From Amoebidium appalachense (Eukaryota > Protista > Ichthyosporea), in the NCBI GenBank assembly GCA_963693365.1, contig CAVNZM010000006.1, positions 3,658,001 through 3,722,000 of the forward strand: a stretch of 64,000 nucleotides of DNA, given 5' to 3'. Shown here piece by piece: positions 1-12,759 of this stretch (the first letter of the stretch is position 1; the number at the start of each line of letters is the position of its first letter). The notes below the pieces were generated by a model. It worked only from the letters and a program-made list of their open reading frames with translations. It was not told where the DNA came from and ran no database searches. Both the position numbers and the translations under genes were made by a program.

Positions 1-984
1 TCCACACCATGTTATGCGGCATGGAGTGTACTTCCTGCGACCGAGTTTGAATCTTGGGGGAAGGCAGGGGAAAGCGAAATGAGAGCGAGAAAAGAAATTC
101 ATTGACTTCCATGTCAGACTGGCGTTTTTGTCGTGTGCTGTGTACTATGTGTTGTACCACCGGGTGGCGCGGGCCGGGGGGGGGGGGGGGGGGGGAGAGG
201 GAGGGGGGGGGAGGGGGGGAGGGGGGAGTCCTTTCTCAGGAAAGAGCGAGCACAGACACATGAGCTTCGCATATGTCCTCCCCCCCCCCCCCCCCCCCCA
301 AAAAAAAAAAAAAAAAAAAAAACACCCACGTTTTGCATGCCTCTTGCAGAAGAATGAAGTTGGGACCCGGGAAGTTTCTTTGTTTCCCCCCGTTTATCAC
401 CAAAAGCGATATCATCAGAGGGGAATCATTTTCGTGCCAACTTGCCCCGACCGTCGGTTGCGACATCGTACTATGAGCGAAACCGCCCTTTAAGGCTAAT
501 ATATGAACGATTCCTATTGGTAGTCATTAGCAGTCATCATTATACTACAAACGTGTAGATACGCTTGCGGGTCTTTCGAATTCACAAACGGTCAACATCA
601 CGTGACGGTTGATCCCGACTGGGCCGGCACCCGGCCCTGCTGTGGCTCGGTATCAGTGTTCAAACTGAATCGAAGCTAGGCTGCAACAATAGAGCGAATC
701 TACCAAACATCTATCTTCCGGCTTATTGAGTTCATTTAGCCGTTGCTAGCCTGTCGTTTGTGTCAACAATCAGCAATGCACGTGCATTCCAGTCATCTTG
801 CCTTATTAGGCATGATCATAGTCCTGGAGCTCAGTCTTCAGCATCTTGGCAGCATGCACCACAATGTTCGGCCGCCAGTCTCCCTATACCGTCCCTTGGA
901 CCCCTGCTGACTCGTCCATTTCTTGACCTCCCAGGGGCCCTGCGGTACATAAATTGCCATTAGGACCCGATATGGCTGCCCGTC

Positions 985-1240
985 GGCCTAAACTAGATAA
1001 TGTGGCACCCTATAAAGTGCAGATCCGGCCTGAGGCTCCCAGGCCCAAGCCTCCACTAGATAACGTGGCACCCGATAAAGCCCCTGTCCCACCTGAGGCT
1101 CTCGAGTTGAAGCCTCAACTAGAAAACTTTGCATCTGATAAAGCTCCCGTCGCCTCTGAGGCTCCCGGGGCCAAGCCTCAACAAGATAATGTGCCAAAAT
1201 TAAAAAAAGCCCGTCGGCCTCCCGGGCCCAAGCCTACTTA
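985..1240 (+). repeat. Coding 63-bp tandem repeat, about 4 units (KPxLDNVAPDKAPVxxEAxxx)
   Basis: Repeated caagcct..actagataa(c/t)gtggcaccc.ataaag units, visible in ORF 954..1310. The paralogs carry about one unit. Confidence 0.8.
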
Positions 1241-2946
1241 CGGAGAGTATTTGACAAGCTGGCATGTTAGCAACGGGACGGAGTATACTCAAAAGCAAAA
1301 AGATCAGTAAGCAGTTGTGTGCCTCCTGGAAGTTGGTTCATGATACACTTTGTTGGCCAGTTTCCTATCTTGTCATCTTGTCAACAACATACCTGTATAA
1401 ATTAAACGTGCAAGCATCAACCAATGGAAACTATGATAAAAAACTTAAATCGCGACCTGTTTATTGCTTTACGCAGCCCAGGTATCACAGTGTATTCTCG
1501 CAGACAGTGTCCCGTCGACCTCTCCACGATATAATGCCTTTTAGGGCTGCATAACCAAGTTCGAGTCCCGGCACTCACCACCTTTTTCTTTTTACTTTTA
1601 CATTTATTATCATCGTTATTCTTATTGGCGTTGTTGTTCATTATACGCCAGTTTGTGATGGCTAAGTGGGAGCGTAGAATATATTGCTTGGCTCTATATT
1701 GAGCGGCTGGAGGTTTTTGCTGTCTGAGATTTCAGATTTTTAATCCAAATCCGCGAAGAGTCCATAAAATCTACACTTCATTTAGAAGACTGGCTTAGGC
1801 CTCATATTTGATTAACATTTAGCATATACAGCAATACGCATTATTTGTATAAGCGACACTGGGGTGTCCGGCGCTTATCATGGCATGGTCACAACATGAG
1901 ATATTCTAGGTTTGCCTTAGACTATGGATTCGAGAAATTGGCGGTCGAAGCCCAAGCCAGTTTCAAAGTTTTTGCTGATTTTAACAACGAGGCCGGTTTC
2001 GGGCCTTCCCGACCACCTACCTATATGATTGTGTGTGCTTACATTTTGTAACATTCTTCCTAATGGACAAAAAGCATCTTTTCTAAGTGAAATCGGTCTT
2101 AAAACGCATTTGTGTAGCTGCAGATTATTACTTTTACCCAGCTTTCGCGTCCAATGTTCGCAACCAATCAAATCCTTCCAGCAAACAATATATAGTTACT
2201 CAATAAAATTACTATTTAATCGCAAACTCTTGTATATTTGGCCTCATTTGTTGATTTTCAAGGAGAATATTACGTTATTTTGCATTACATAGTACGTTCC
2301 TCACTGTACCTCTCGTCTACACCAAAGCCCATTGCCTGGGGACCCCTTTTATGTATGGGGGGCACCTTATCGCATGGCCGATTACTATATGCTCATGTCG
2401 CGTTCCACACAAACCTAGCACTAACGTGTAGGGCCCTACATTGTAAGACTTGGCATATTGGATCGTTAATGCAGCGAGACGGTGACATGCGATGGTGTCG
2501 TTATCCCCCGGAGAGGGGCCTCCCGGGGAGGGGGGGGGGGGGGGGGGGAGGGGGGGGGGGGGGAAGGAGAGGCTATAACGAGAGGAGACACTGTTAGGGC
2601 ATGTTCCCTTTTTATATCCCCATATGTGGTATATGTTGTCTGCTATTTTGGTACCAACGGGACCCCACACCCAGGGGCCTACCGTCTGCCACCAGCACCA
2701 ACGGGATGTCTGCCGGCCATGATCTGGGCTTCAACCGCAAGGGCAGGGGGGCTGAGCAGCAGGGGCCCATGCAGTTGTCCCAGAGCACAGAGGGTGAGTG
2801 GAGAATACCCGTTGGAGGGGGAGGGGTGAGGGAGGGGGGGGGGGTAAGGCACACACTGGATTCCACAAAAAAGCAAGCAGGGAAGAAAGAAAAAGAATAA
2901 CGAACGAGCTAATACGTACCTGCTACCACACTTAAGAGAACATGCT

Positions 2947-2977
<31 letters not shown>

Positions 2978-3127
2978 GACTTGGGCCCTCCCTGAGGATG
3001 GGCTCTGCTTATGACGCATACTGTGCGCATGGCTGATGCTGCATACTTGAATGTTTGCCTTTGCATGTGTCCTGCACCATGCTTCTCATCGTGTATGCGT
3101 ACTTCGTACTGTGTTCCGCATTCAAAA
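2978..3127 (+). mobile_element. 5'-truncated copy of the poly-C-associated structured repeat
   Basis: gacttgggccctccctgaggatgggctctgcttatgac...ttccgcattcaaaa is near-identical to the reverse complement of 52744-52950 and 58455-58586. C-runs flank both sides. Confidence 0.85.
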
Positions 3128-3761
3128 CCCCCCCACACACACACACACAAAAAAAAAAAAGTAAAAAAAAGAAAAAAAAATAAATAAAAAAAAAAGAAAA
3201 ATGACAATAGGGCAAAGAAACCACTGCTTTTTTTGTTTTTGTTTTTGTGGATCGGTGGGCGTGTGTGGTAGTGGCGTGTGAGTGAGTGTGAGTGTGTGTG
3301 TGTGTGCGTGTGCGTGTGCGTGTGCGTGTGCGTGTGTGTGTGTGTGCTTGCTTGAGTGTGCTTGGGTGTGTGGTTCTTGCTGGTGGGGTGGGGTGGGGTG
3401 GGGGGGGGGGGGGGGGGGACGATATAAGCAATTGGTTATGGCTTTTGTGGGACCATTACCATGGCACCCTTTACTGGTACTGTTCTCATGTCACCTACAT
3501 CCCAATTTAGCGCCCATGGATTCCTGCTGTGGGCTGTAGCAAACTGTCATCCTGTCTGCAATATGCCTGACTGTGTAGGTTGGCATAGGTTTATCGATGC
3601 TTATTTCCGTTTCCTGTCCACCTCCCCCTCCACACACACACAGCACAGCACATTCCCACCCCCACCCCCACCCCCTACCCATCCGCATCTACACATGCAC
3701 GCCCACTGCGGCCACGCCTTCTCGAGTACACACAGAAATCCGCTTTCTGTCTCCCTTCCTC

Positions 3762-3865
3762 TCCCTCCCTCCCTCCCTCCCTCCCTCCCTTCCTCTCCCT
3801 CCCTCCCTCCCTCCCTCCCTCCCTCCCTCCCTCCCTCCCTCCCTCCCTTCCCTCCCTCCCTCCCT

Positions 3866-3897
<32 letters not shown>

Positions 3898-4155
3898 CTC
3901 CCTTCCCCTCCCTCCCTCCCCCCCTCCCCCCCCCCCCCCCCCCCTCCCTCCCTCCCTCCCTCCCTCCCTCCCCTCCCCCCCTCCCCTCCCCCCCCTCCCC
4001 TCCCTCCCTCCCTCCCTCCCTCCCTCCCTCCCTCCCTCCCTCCCTCCCTCCCTCCCTCCCTCCCTCCCTCCCTCCCCCCCCCCCCCCCCCCCCCTCCCTC
4101 CCTCCCTCCCTCCCTCCCTCCCTCCCTCCCTCCCTCCCTCCCTCCCTCCCTCCCT
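3762..4155. repeat. (CCCT)n / poly-C low-complexity tract
   Basis: Directly visible. Confidence 0.9.
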
Positions 4156-4719
4156 ATCCTCTTTTACACACGCGCACGCACACGTGCAAGCGCATGCACA
4201 CGCACACGCACATACTCGCACACGCACACACACACACACACACACACAACCCTTTGCAGGGTTCAATCCACATGGGCCAGGTAAACAGAGCCACAGCCAA
4301 CCCCGTGCTCAGACGAACCCCCCATCTATCCCCAAGGGACCGTCAAATACCAGCACCCAATCAGATCCCACCATCCACACACCATCGCCACCCGCCTGTC
4401 CCAGTGATAAGCTAGACCTCAAGCCCAGCACCAACACGCTGACATCCTTCCGACCACTTTCTACCCAACCCCACGGACAACCCTCGCCCATAGAGTCTGA
4501 TTCCCCTTCTGAATCTCAACATGTTTACCGCCCAGCTACCAAGTCCATTCCTGCTGCTGTACTGCTGGAGTCGGCTGCTGCTCTGCAAGCCGGCATCGAG
4601 GTTGCCGCCAATATTCAAGGGGCCCAACAAGTGCAATCAGTCAAAAGGAAGTGAGTGATAACTGTGTGTCTGGGGTCTGTGTTGATCGTTGGGTGGTACT
4701 GTGCATGTGTTTGATTCTC

Positions 4720-4856
4720 GGAACGTCTTTGCGAAAGCCTCATGTGATGTGGTTTTGTGCCTTTGTGTGGGTGTCCCCCGACATGTGGAAATGAGAGCGT
4801 GTGTGTACGACACCTTTTTTTTTTTAGAGCGTGTGTATACGACACACTTTTTTTTT

Positions 4857-4887
<31 letters not shown>

Positions 4888-6200
4888 GGCTTTCTCCAGG
4901 AAGGAGAACCAAGCGCTTATATTCTTTCGTTCCACCCCCACCATCGACTGTGACGTTCTGCGGTGCGCGAAAAAGTACCATTTACGGAATATATAATGGA
5001 ATGATTCCTGTTGTTTTCGCTATCAGTCATCATTATGCCAAAAACGTCCAGATGCCTTTATATGGTCCTGGTCATTAATGAACGCTGGCGGGTCTTTGAA
5101 TTCACAAACAGTTGGCATCATGTGACCATTGTTCGCGACCGAGTCAGTGCCCGGTCTTGCTGTGGCCCGGTATCAGGGCAAACCGATTTGAAACTGTGCA
5201 GTTTGTGCTGCAACAACTGTCGAGTGAATCCACCAGTCATCGGCTATCTTACAATTTCGGTAAATATCTGAAATTGTTCAACTAAATTACAAGATGCAGG
5301 CCTGTCATTCGTGTGAACCAATTATATGATGCACATCCATTCCAGTCATCTTGCCTTATTAGGTATGATGACAGTCCCGGAGCTCAGTCTCCAGCATCAT
5401 GGCCGCATGCACACCAAAATGTTCGGCTACCAGTCTCCCTATACCGTCCCTTGGACCCCTGCTGACTCGTCCATTTCTTCACTTCCCAGGGCCCCTGAGA
5501 TGTATTATGTGCCAGTGGCCCCTTATAAAGCCCCCCGTTGCCCTCGCGGGCCCAAGCCTAAACATGGAGAGTATTTGACAAGCTTTCATATTAGCAACGG
5601 GGCCCAGTCATGATTAGATATTAGAACGATCTCTAAGGAAAGAATGCCTGCATGGTGTATATAATGCTGACCCAACCTGTTTTGGTCGGTACAAGTTGAT
5701 TTGGTCGGGACCCGACCAGGCAACAAAATTGCGGTTTAAATCGATTGAAAAGGTCAGACTTAATCGTATGTGTGAACGGTATATACCTTGTCCACATAAT
5801 TGTCTCGGATGCTCTATTAATATTTTGGGTTATTGGGATATCCCAATCTCGATCTAGCAAGGTTGTCGGTCTGCACCGGTCAAAAAATGTTTTTTTTTAA
5901 AAGGCAGTCATTTTATGTAGTGTGTCTGCGGGAAGTTGGTTAATGAACACCTGTGTTTATCAGCATCTGTTTCTTACAGCTTGTCGTCTTTTTAACAACC
6001 TACCTTTACAACACGCAAACATCAACCGATCGCGATAGAAATTATGAATATAAATTTAGAGTGCAAGGCGCCTTAAACCTGCACTGCTTATTACTTTATG
6101 CACCGGGTAAAGATCTGTAACTTCCCTCTTATGGCGTGGTTCTTTTTTCATACCTCATATATGGTGTGATCCCTTCGTACATTCCGTCAACATGTTCTTT
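4720..6200 (+). pseudogene. Copy 2 of the tandem gene, internally deleted (upstream region and first coding segment only)
   Basis: 4960-5620 aligns with 450-1280 and 6710-7370. ORF from 5419 reads MFGYQSPYTVPWTPADSSISSLPRAPEMYYVPVAPYKAPRCPRGPKPKHG. At ~6200 the sequence jumps to a match of 4722 (gtctttgc.aaagcct.atg), skipping the later exons. Confidence 0.55.
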
Positions 6201-7171
6201 GAGCGTCTTTGCAAAAGCCTGATGGGATATGGTTTTGTGCCTGGTGAGGGGTTTGCTTTGTTGCATGCTTGCAAGCGTTTGTTACTTTGTGCAAATCTAG
6301 ACTGTGTTCACACTATGTTCCGCGATATGGAGAATATCTCATGACAAAGTTCGAATCCTGGGGGATGACGTGAAAGAAATTTAATGGGCTTCCGTGTGAG
6401 AATTGTGTTTTGTTGTACTGGGTCCACGTGTTGTATCCCCTGTTTGGAGGGGGGGGATAGGGAGGGGCTTTCTCCAGGAAAGAGCACAGATGCACGAAAT
6501 AGAGGAAGAAAGAGAATTCGACGAAACACCACATCATATCGTCACATACACACGGCACACTATATGAGAGGGAAGGTTGCACCATCTGCTCGAGGTCCAA
6601 AACAATCAAGGAGGGACCGAAAGGAAGTTTCTTAGTTTTGCATTCTCTATTATCAATATGAAAATCATTTTTGTCTTAGACACCTGTAATCTTTCGTCCG
6701 GCCCCCACCGTCGGCTGCGACATTCTGCGATGCGCGAAAGTACTGTTAAGGCTATTTTTGAACGGTTCCTGTTGGTGTTCGTTAGCAGCTATTATTTTCA
6801 AACCAAAAACGTGCAAATGCTTATATATGGCCCTGGTCATTAATTAACGCTGCCGTTTCGCATTTACAAACAACCGATATCACGTGTGACCGTTGTTTGC
6901 GACTGGGTTGGAACCCCTAGCTAGCCCGATTGTGGCGCGGTATCAGGGTTCAAACTGAATCGAAGCTAGGCTGCAACATTAGTGCGAATCCACTTGTCAT
7001 CGGCGATCTTCCGTTCTTGGGTTATTGAATTTATTAGCCAATCACAAGATGCAGGTCTGTCATTCATGTGAACCAATTATATGATGCACATGCATTCCAG
7101 GCATCTTCCCTTAATAGGTATGATCACAGTCCCGGAGCTCAGTCTCCAGCATCTTGGCCGCATGCATCACA

Positions 7172-8748
7172 ATGCTCGGCTACCAGTCTCCCTATGCCGT
7201 CCCTTGGACCTCCGCTGACTCGTCCGTTTCTTCACTTCCCAGGGCCCCTGGAATGTATTATGTGCCAGTGGCCCCTTATAAAACCCCCCGTCGGCCTCCC
7301 GGCCGCAAGCCTAAACACGGAGTGTATTTGACAAGCTGGCATGTTAGCAACGGCGCAGAGTCATGATATACAAAACAAAAACGATCTGTAAGGAAAGAAT
7401 AACTGCAGCTGCATGATGTACATACGGTTAACTTAACCTGTTCGAGATCGGTGTAATTGATTTGGTCGGGACCAATTAGACAGTCAACAACCCTATTGCA
7501 GGTCGGGACCCAATTAGACAGTCAACAACCCTATTGCGAATTATATTTGATTTAAAAAGGCTCAACTTAATCGTAAATGTCGACATCATACTTGTCTTAA
7601 ATGATTTGCAAACGTTTTTTTTTATTTCGCTTGAATCTGTGTCTTTCTCAAGAGTCTATTAATATATTGGGATACGTCAATCTAGACCCTGTTTTAGCAA
7701 AAACCGCCAGGTTTTAATGATGTCTTCTTATTACATACAGTAGGCAACCATTATGCAGTGTGTCTTCGGGAAGCTGCCTCATGAACGTTGTGTTTTCATA
7801 GCCGAGTTTCCTAACTCGTCATCTTCTTAACAAGAAACCTGCACCTAGCGCAAACATCAACCGATGGGAATCATGAAAATAAAACTTGAACTTGCAGCCT
7901 GCTTGTTACTTTCTTTATGCAGCGCAATCATCTGTCACAGTGATTTCAGAATCTCCCATATGGTATAATCCCTTTATATTTAATTCCTATATGTGGTATT
8001 GATCCCTTAGTACCTTCCGTCAACACGTTCTTTGTATTCAATCTGTTGGTACCAACGGTACCCCACACCCAGGGGCCAAACGCCTGCCACCAGCACCGAC
8101 GGGATGTCTGCCGGCCATGGTCTGGGCTTCAACTGCAGGGGCAGGGTGGCTGAGCAGCAGGTGCCCATGCAGTTGTCCCAGAGGACAGAGGGTGAGTGGT
8201 GAAGACCCGCTAGAGCGGGGAAGGGGAGGGGGTAGCCATGCGCTGGATTCGAGGGAGGGAGGAGGGAAGAAGGGAGGGGAGGGAAGGGGGGGGGGGGGGG
8301 GGGGGGGGAGGGAGGGAGGGAGGGAGGGAGAAAGAGAAAATGAAAAATGAACAAGTGCCTGCTACAGCACTACCACACAAAAGAGAACCTGCCATATCCT
8401 TCACCCCCCCCCCCCCTCCACAAAAAAAAAAAAAAAAAGGGTGAAGAAACTACTGTGTTTGTTTTTCATGGTCTTTGTAAATGGATAGGTGTGTCTGTGT
8501 TTGTGTTTCGGCGGGAGGTTGGGGGGGGGGAGGGGGGGGGGGGGGGGATCTAAGCAGGGGTGTTTGATTTTTGTGAGATCACTACCATGGTATGCTTGCT
8601 GGTGCTGTGTGTATACCACCTGTGCCGGAGGGGTGTTGCACTCATTGGTACCTGTTGTGGAGTGACGCAATTTGGTGCCTGTTTTGGCAATGGTTTGGCA
8701 GACAAAAACTTCCGTTTTCTGTATTCAAAGACCCCCTTTCTCCCCCCC

Positions 8749-8779
<31 letters not shown>

Positions 8780-8930
8780 AAAAAAAAAAAAAAAAAACAC
8801 ACCCATTCCCTCCACACATGCTTGCACAGTGTTGATTGAACACATGCATGCACAGTGTGTTCTCGCCCACACACGAAGATTTGCTTTTCTCTCTCCCTCC
8901 GCTCTCCCTCCCCCCGGGCATACGCACGCG

Positions 8931-8983
<53 letters not shown>

Positions 8984-9415
8984 CCCTTTGCAGGCTTCAA
9001 TCCGCAGGGGCCAGGTAGCAAACAGAGCCACAGCTGCCCCCGTGCTCAGACCAACCCCGCATCCATGACCAAGGGACCCTCCGACACCAACCCACAGTCA
9101 GAGCCAACCATTCACACTTCAGCGCCACCCGCCACCTGTCCCATTGATGAGCTAGACCTCAAACCCAGCACCAACACTCTGGCATCCTTCCGACCACTTT
9201 CTACCCAACACCACGGACAACCCTCGCCCATAGAGTCTGATTCCCCTACTGAACCACGGTATGTTGACGGCTCATCAATTGTATCTTTTCCCCCTATTGA
9301 ACAAGCTTCGGCCATGGCCAAAATGCTCCTTGATTCTTCGATCATTCATGAGAAAGTGAATGTCCTTTCCATTGGTCAGGTGACCCAACAAGAGCAACCA
9401 CGTAAGAAGAAATGA
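7172..9415 (+). CDS. Copy 3 of the tandem unknown Pro/Ser-rich gene (basic C-terminus PRKKK)
   Basis: Segments MLGYQSPYAVPWTSADSS...PRRPPGRKPKHG (from 7172), ~8050-8191 (gtgagt donor) and ~8993-9415 (GFNPQGPGSKQSHS...PRKKK*) are homologous to copy 1. The stop is at the equivalent position. Confidence 0.45.
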
Positions 9416-9865
9416 GTGATAGCAGGGTGGTGTTTAGGGCCTGTGGTGTTCATTGGGTGGTGCTGTGCACAAGTGAGCGATTCTTGGGGAGTCTGTATAG
9501 GGCGAAACGGTGGGACGTGGGTGTGTCTACTACATAGATGTGTGTTTCTAGCTGTGGAAGTGAGAATGTGTGTGGACGACGTGTTGTGTGTTGGATGGGG
9601 TCAGGTAGGTGAGAGCATGTGTGTCCGTGTGGGTATGCTTGCGGCACGGAAAGGTTGGGGGAAGAAGGATGGAGTTTTTGTTATCTGGCGGCAGGGAGGG
9701 ACGGCCCCCCTGGGGGGGGGGGGGGGGGGGGGGGGGAGGTTGAGCCCGAGGGGAAGGGGTGGGTGGGTTTGAGTCCAAGGGTGCGGAAAGGAGGAGGGGC
9801 AGGGGGGGGGGGGGGGAGATGGTTGAGGTTTGTCTGTCAGAATAGTAGCCGGGGACGTGTAAGCG

Positions 9866-9998
9866 CTGCACATTTTGGTGTCCGTAAATGTACTTGAGCG
9901 TAAGAAGGACATGAGTTTTTGAAGGGATGCTTTGTGTTTGTTTATGCACGGATGCAAGGTGGTTTTTTTTTTTTGGTTTTTTTTTTTGGGGGGGGTGG

Positions 9999-10038
<40 letters not shown>

Positions 10039-10640
10039 GAGGGGGGGGAGAAGGGGGGACCGGGGCATAATGGAAGGAGAGGGGGCTGCGTGGGGCCAAA
10101 CAGGCCGAGTGGAAGAAAGAAGAGTGAGCATGCGTGAGGGGAGGGAGGGGGGAGGGGAAGTGGGGAGCGAGATAGAGTGAGAAAGGAGTGTGTGTGTGTG
10201 TGTGTGCCTGTGTGTGTGCTGTAAGGGGGAGCGAATGAGGGGGGGAGAAGAGGGAGGCAGAGAGAGTGAAAGAGACACTGCACATTTTAGTGTCCGTAAA
10301 TGTACGTAGTGTATGAAGGTATTGAGTTTTAGAAGTGATGGTTTGTGTTGGTTGATGCACCGATGAAAGGTGGTTGGGGAGGGGGGGGGGGGGGGGGGGG
10401 GGACTGGGGCATGATGGAAGGACGGGGGGGCTACGTGGGGCCAAACAGGTTGAGTGAAAGAAGAGCAAGAGTAATTGAGGGGTTGAGGGTGGGGGTGGGG
10501 ATGGGGATAGGGGGAGGGGGAGAGGGGAGTGAGATAGAGCGAGAAAGTGGCGTGTTCGTTTGTGTGTGTGTGTGTAAGGGGGAGAGAATGAGGGGGGGAG
10601 AAGAGGGAGGAAGGGAGAGTAAGAGAGACATGGAGGGAAG
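9866..10640. repeat. Imperfect ~410-bp tandem duplication
   Basis: ctgcacatttt.gtgtccgtaaatgtac occurs at ~9866 and ~10278; gtggggccaaacagg..gagtg.aagaa occurs at ~10090 and ~10435. Confidence 0.7.
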
Positions 10641-11191
10641 GAGAGAATAAGGGCTGATGAAAATAACATGATCGTTGCCAAAGCATTCACCTTCCAGGAA
10701 ATCTGCCCATTTGCAATCCAAATTTTGCCTTCCTCACCCAATCTGATGTTTCCGCAGGGATGACGGTGCACACAGTGACCTGAGCAGACTTGAGCAAATG
10801 GAGCTGTTGGGCAAACTGCCGGGCAAAGGATTTTACAACAGACAGATGAATGCCGTGGTGTTTGAGGGATGGCTGGCACGGAACGGGGGCAGTGATGTGG
10901 GTGTGTTCTATGACATGCTGAGGAGGGCCTATGCGGGTTTTGCCCCCATGGTGTAGTGGGATGTTGAAAGAGGGGTGAAGATGGCTACGTATGCCCTACT
11001 CACGGTTGTTTGAATGATTGTTTCTTTCCTTATGCTTTTTCTATGTATGTCAGTATGTCGGGTCTCTCTGTCTCGGTGGATGTTGTTCGAGCTTGAAAAT
11101 GAAGGTTGCCAGATTGCTGTTTTGTTTCTGGTTGTACATTATGTGGTTGTATCAAAGGTACCTGTTGAATTAAACGTACAGGAGGTAGCAG

Positions 11192-11225
<34 letters not shown>

Positions 11226-11289
11226 CTCCCTCCTCCGCCCTCCCCGGCATACACACACCTGCGAGGTTGCAAACACCTACACACACGGG

Positions 11290-11338
<49 letters not shown>

Positions 11339-11856
11339 ACACACACACAAACATAACACGCCATGGACACACAATGAAGCACACACGCGCACAGCGACAG
11401 ACACCTGATCCAGCTGCCTGCATAGTATTACATTGGTGCACACAACTGTATATGCGCGCACACAACGTGCAAACCATACACGCACGCACGCGCGCGTGCA
11501 CGCACACACGCACACACACACAACAAAACCAGCGCAGGCACCCACCAACAAACTAACCTATACGAAACGGCCCAAACTTTTAAATAGTAGACAGGCAGGT
11601 TTCATGATGTACATGCAATCGATATGCATGTGAAGGCAACCCATGGATGGATGGTTTGAAAAAGTTATTTTGCATTTACCAGTCGAAATAGTATTTATAT
11701 ATATCAGGCGCTGTTGCCAATATGATCAAATTTGAATCTGTGTATGACAGTGCTTGGGTGCGAAAACACGGTGACGTGACACTCTGTGCATCCACATATT
11801 CGGGTCAGAAGGGGGAGGGAGAGGAGGAGGATGAGGGGGACGGGGAGGGTGTGTGT

Positions 11857-11912
<56 letters not shown>

Positions 11913-12759
11913 GGGAGGTGGCAGGGACGTCGGGGAGTGCGGAGTGGAGATCACCAAGCTTACCGTAGCAGTGCTTTCCCCCTTCCCCCTCCCCTCCTCC
12001 CTCCCCATGCAATAAACAACCATTTTGTGCTTCCCAGCACGCACACTGCCATGCAACAACCTTTTGCGTACCAACGTGCACCCCTTCACGCAGCCAGCCC
12101 CAAAACCGCGTGAAACGTGTACGAGTCTGACGCTATTACCATCCTTGTAACCTAGCAGGCGCCTAGCTCAACGTCCGGATCAGTGCATAGGCACTAGGTG
12201 CCTGTACAGTGACTGTACATACTGAGATGCTCAAGAGTAAAAATGATGACAAATGCAGCGCTTGGCAAAAAGAGCATCTTTGAACTTTTGTTCATATTTA
12301 GAGTTCGCTCAAAGATTATACATTCCCGCGGTAGTCGGTACTAAAATATCATACCTACGTATGATGTTTGCTCATGTTTGCAATTGCAGTCTGAACCTTG
12401 CTCTGTTGACGTCATCTACATGCCTCATGACCATGAGTCAGCGCGCGTCTGGACCTTGTACAACGAGATTCCATAAGCTGATGGTTTGCGTCTGCTCGCC
12501 GCATTGAATATGCTAAGTAAAATAAACTTAACTATACTAACTACTATTATTCAAGTAACGTCAATTGCTGATGTTGTACTCGCTTTAGCATCAATCGTTA
12601 ACTTCGACGTACTATATGTATTGTACAGCGCTCAGCTGTTCTGTGTTTACCTCGTTTACTCTCAAAAATTATAATCATTATAATCATGCGCAAGGATCTA
12701 GTGTGATTGGCTCGGAACGCACCAATCTAGATCGTTGCGTGACCTACAGCTAATCACGC

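Larger units (their letters stand above)
864..4654 (+). pseudogene. Copy 1 of a tandemly triplicated unknown Pro/Ser-rich gene; in-frame TGA in the first coding segment
   Basis: ATG at 864 (MFGRQSPYTVPWTPADSSIS) matches the paralog ATGs at 5419 and 7172. TGA at 924-926 sits where the paralogs have TCA. Later segments are ~2650-2792 (YQRDPTPRGLPS...LSQSTE, gtgagt donor) and ~4260-4654 (GFNPHGPG...VKRK*, tttgcag acceptor), both with counterparts in copy 3. How the first segment joins the later exons is unresolved, and I recognised no domain. Confidence 0.45.

Noticed and set aside
1553-1582. tRNA-like 3' end (gttcgagtcccggcactcacca followed by a T-run)
   Set aside because: The T-stem pairs poorly and there is no D-arm, anticodon arm or acceptor 5' strand; at most a relic.
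10690-11160. Possible minus-strand exon(s) with good splice signals (...SFARQFAQQLHLLKSAQV...)
   Set aside because: Stops or frameshifts in all frames and no recognisable family; may be a gene relic but cannot be supported.
12156-12204. Hairpin caggcgcctag...ctaggtgcctg with a tRNA-like tagctcaa
   Set aside because: No cloverleaf, a single occurrence, and no other Helitron or tRNA evidence.
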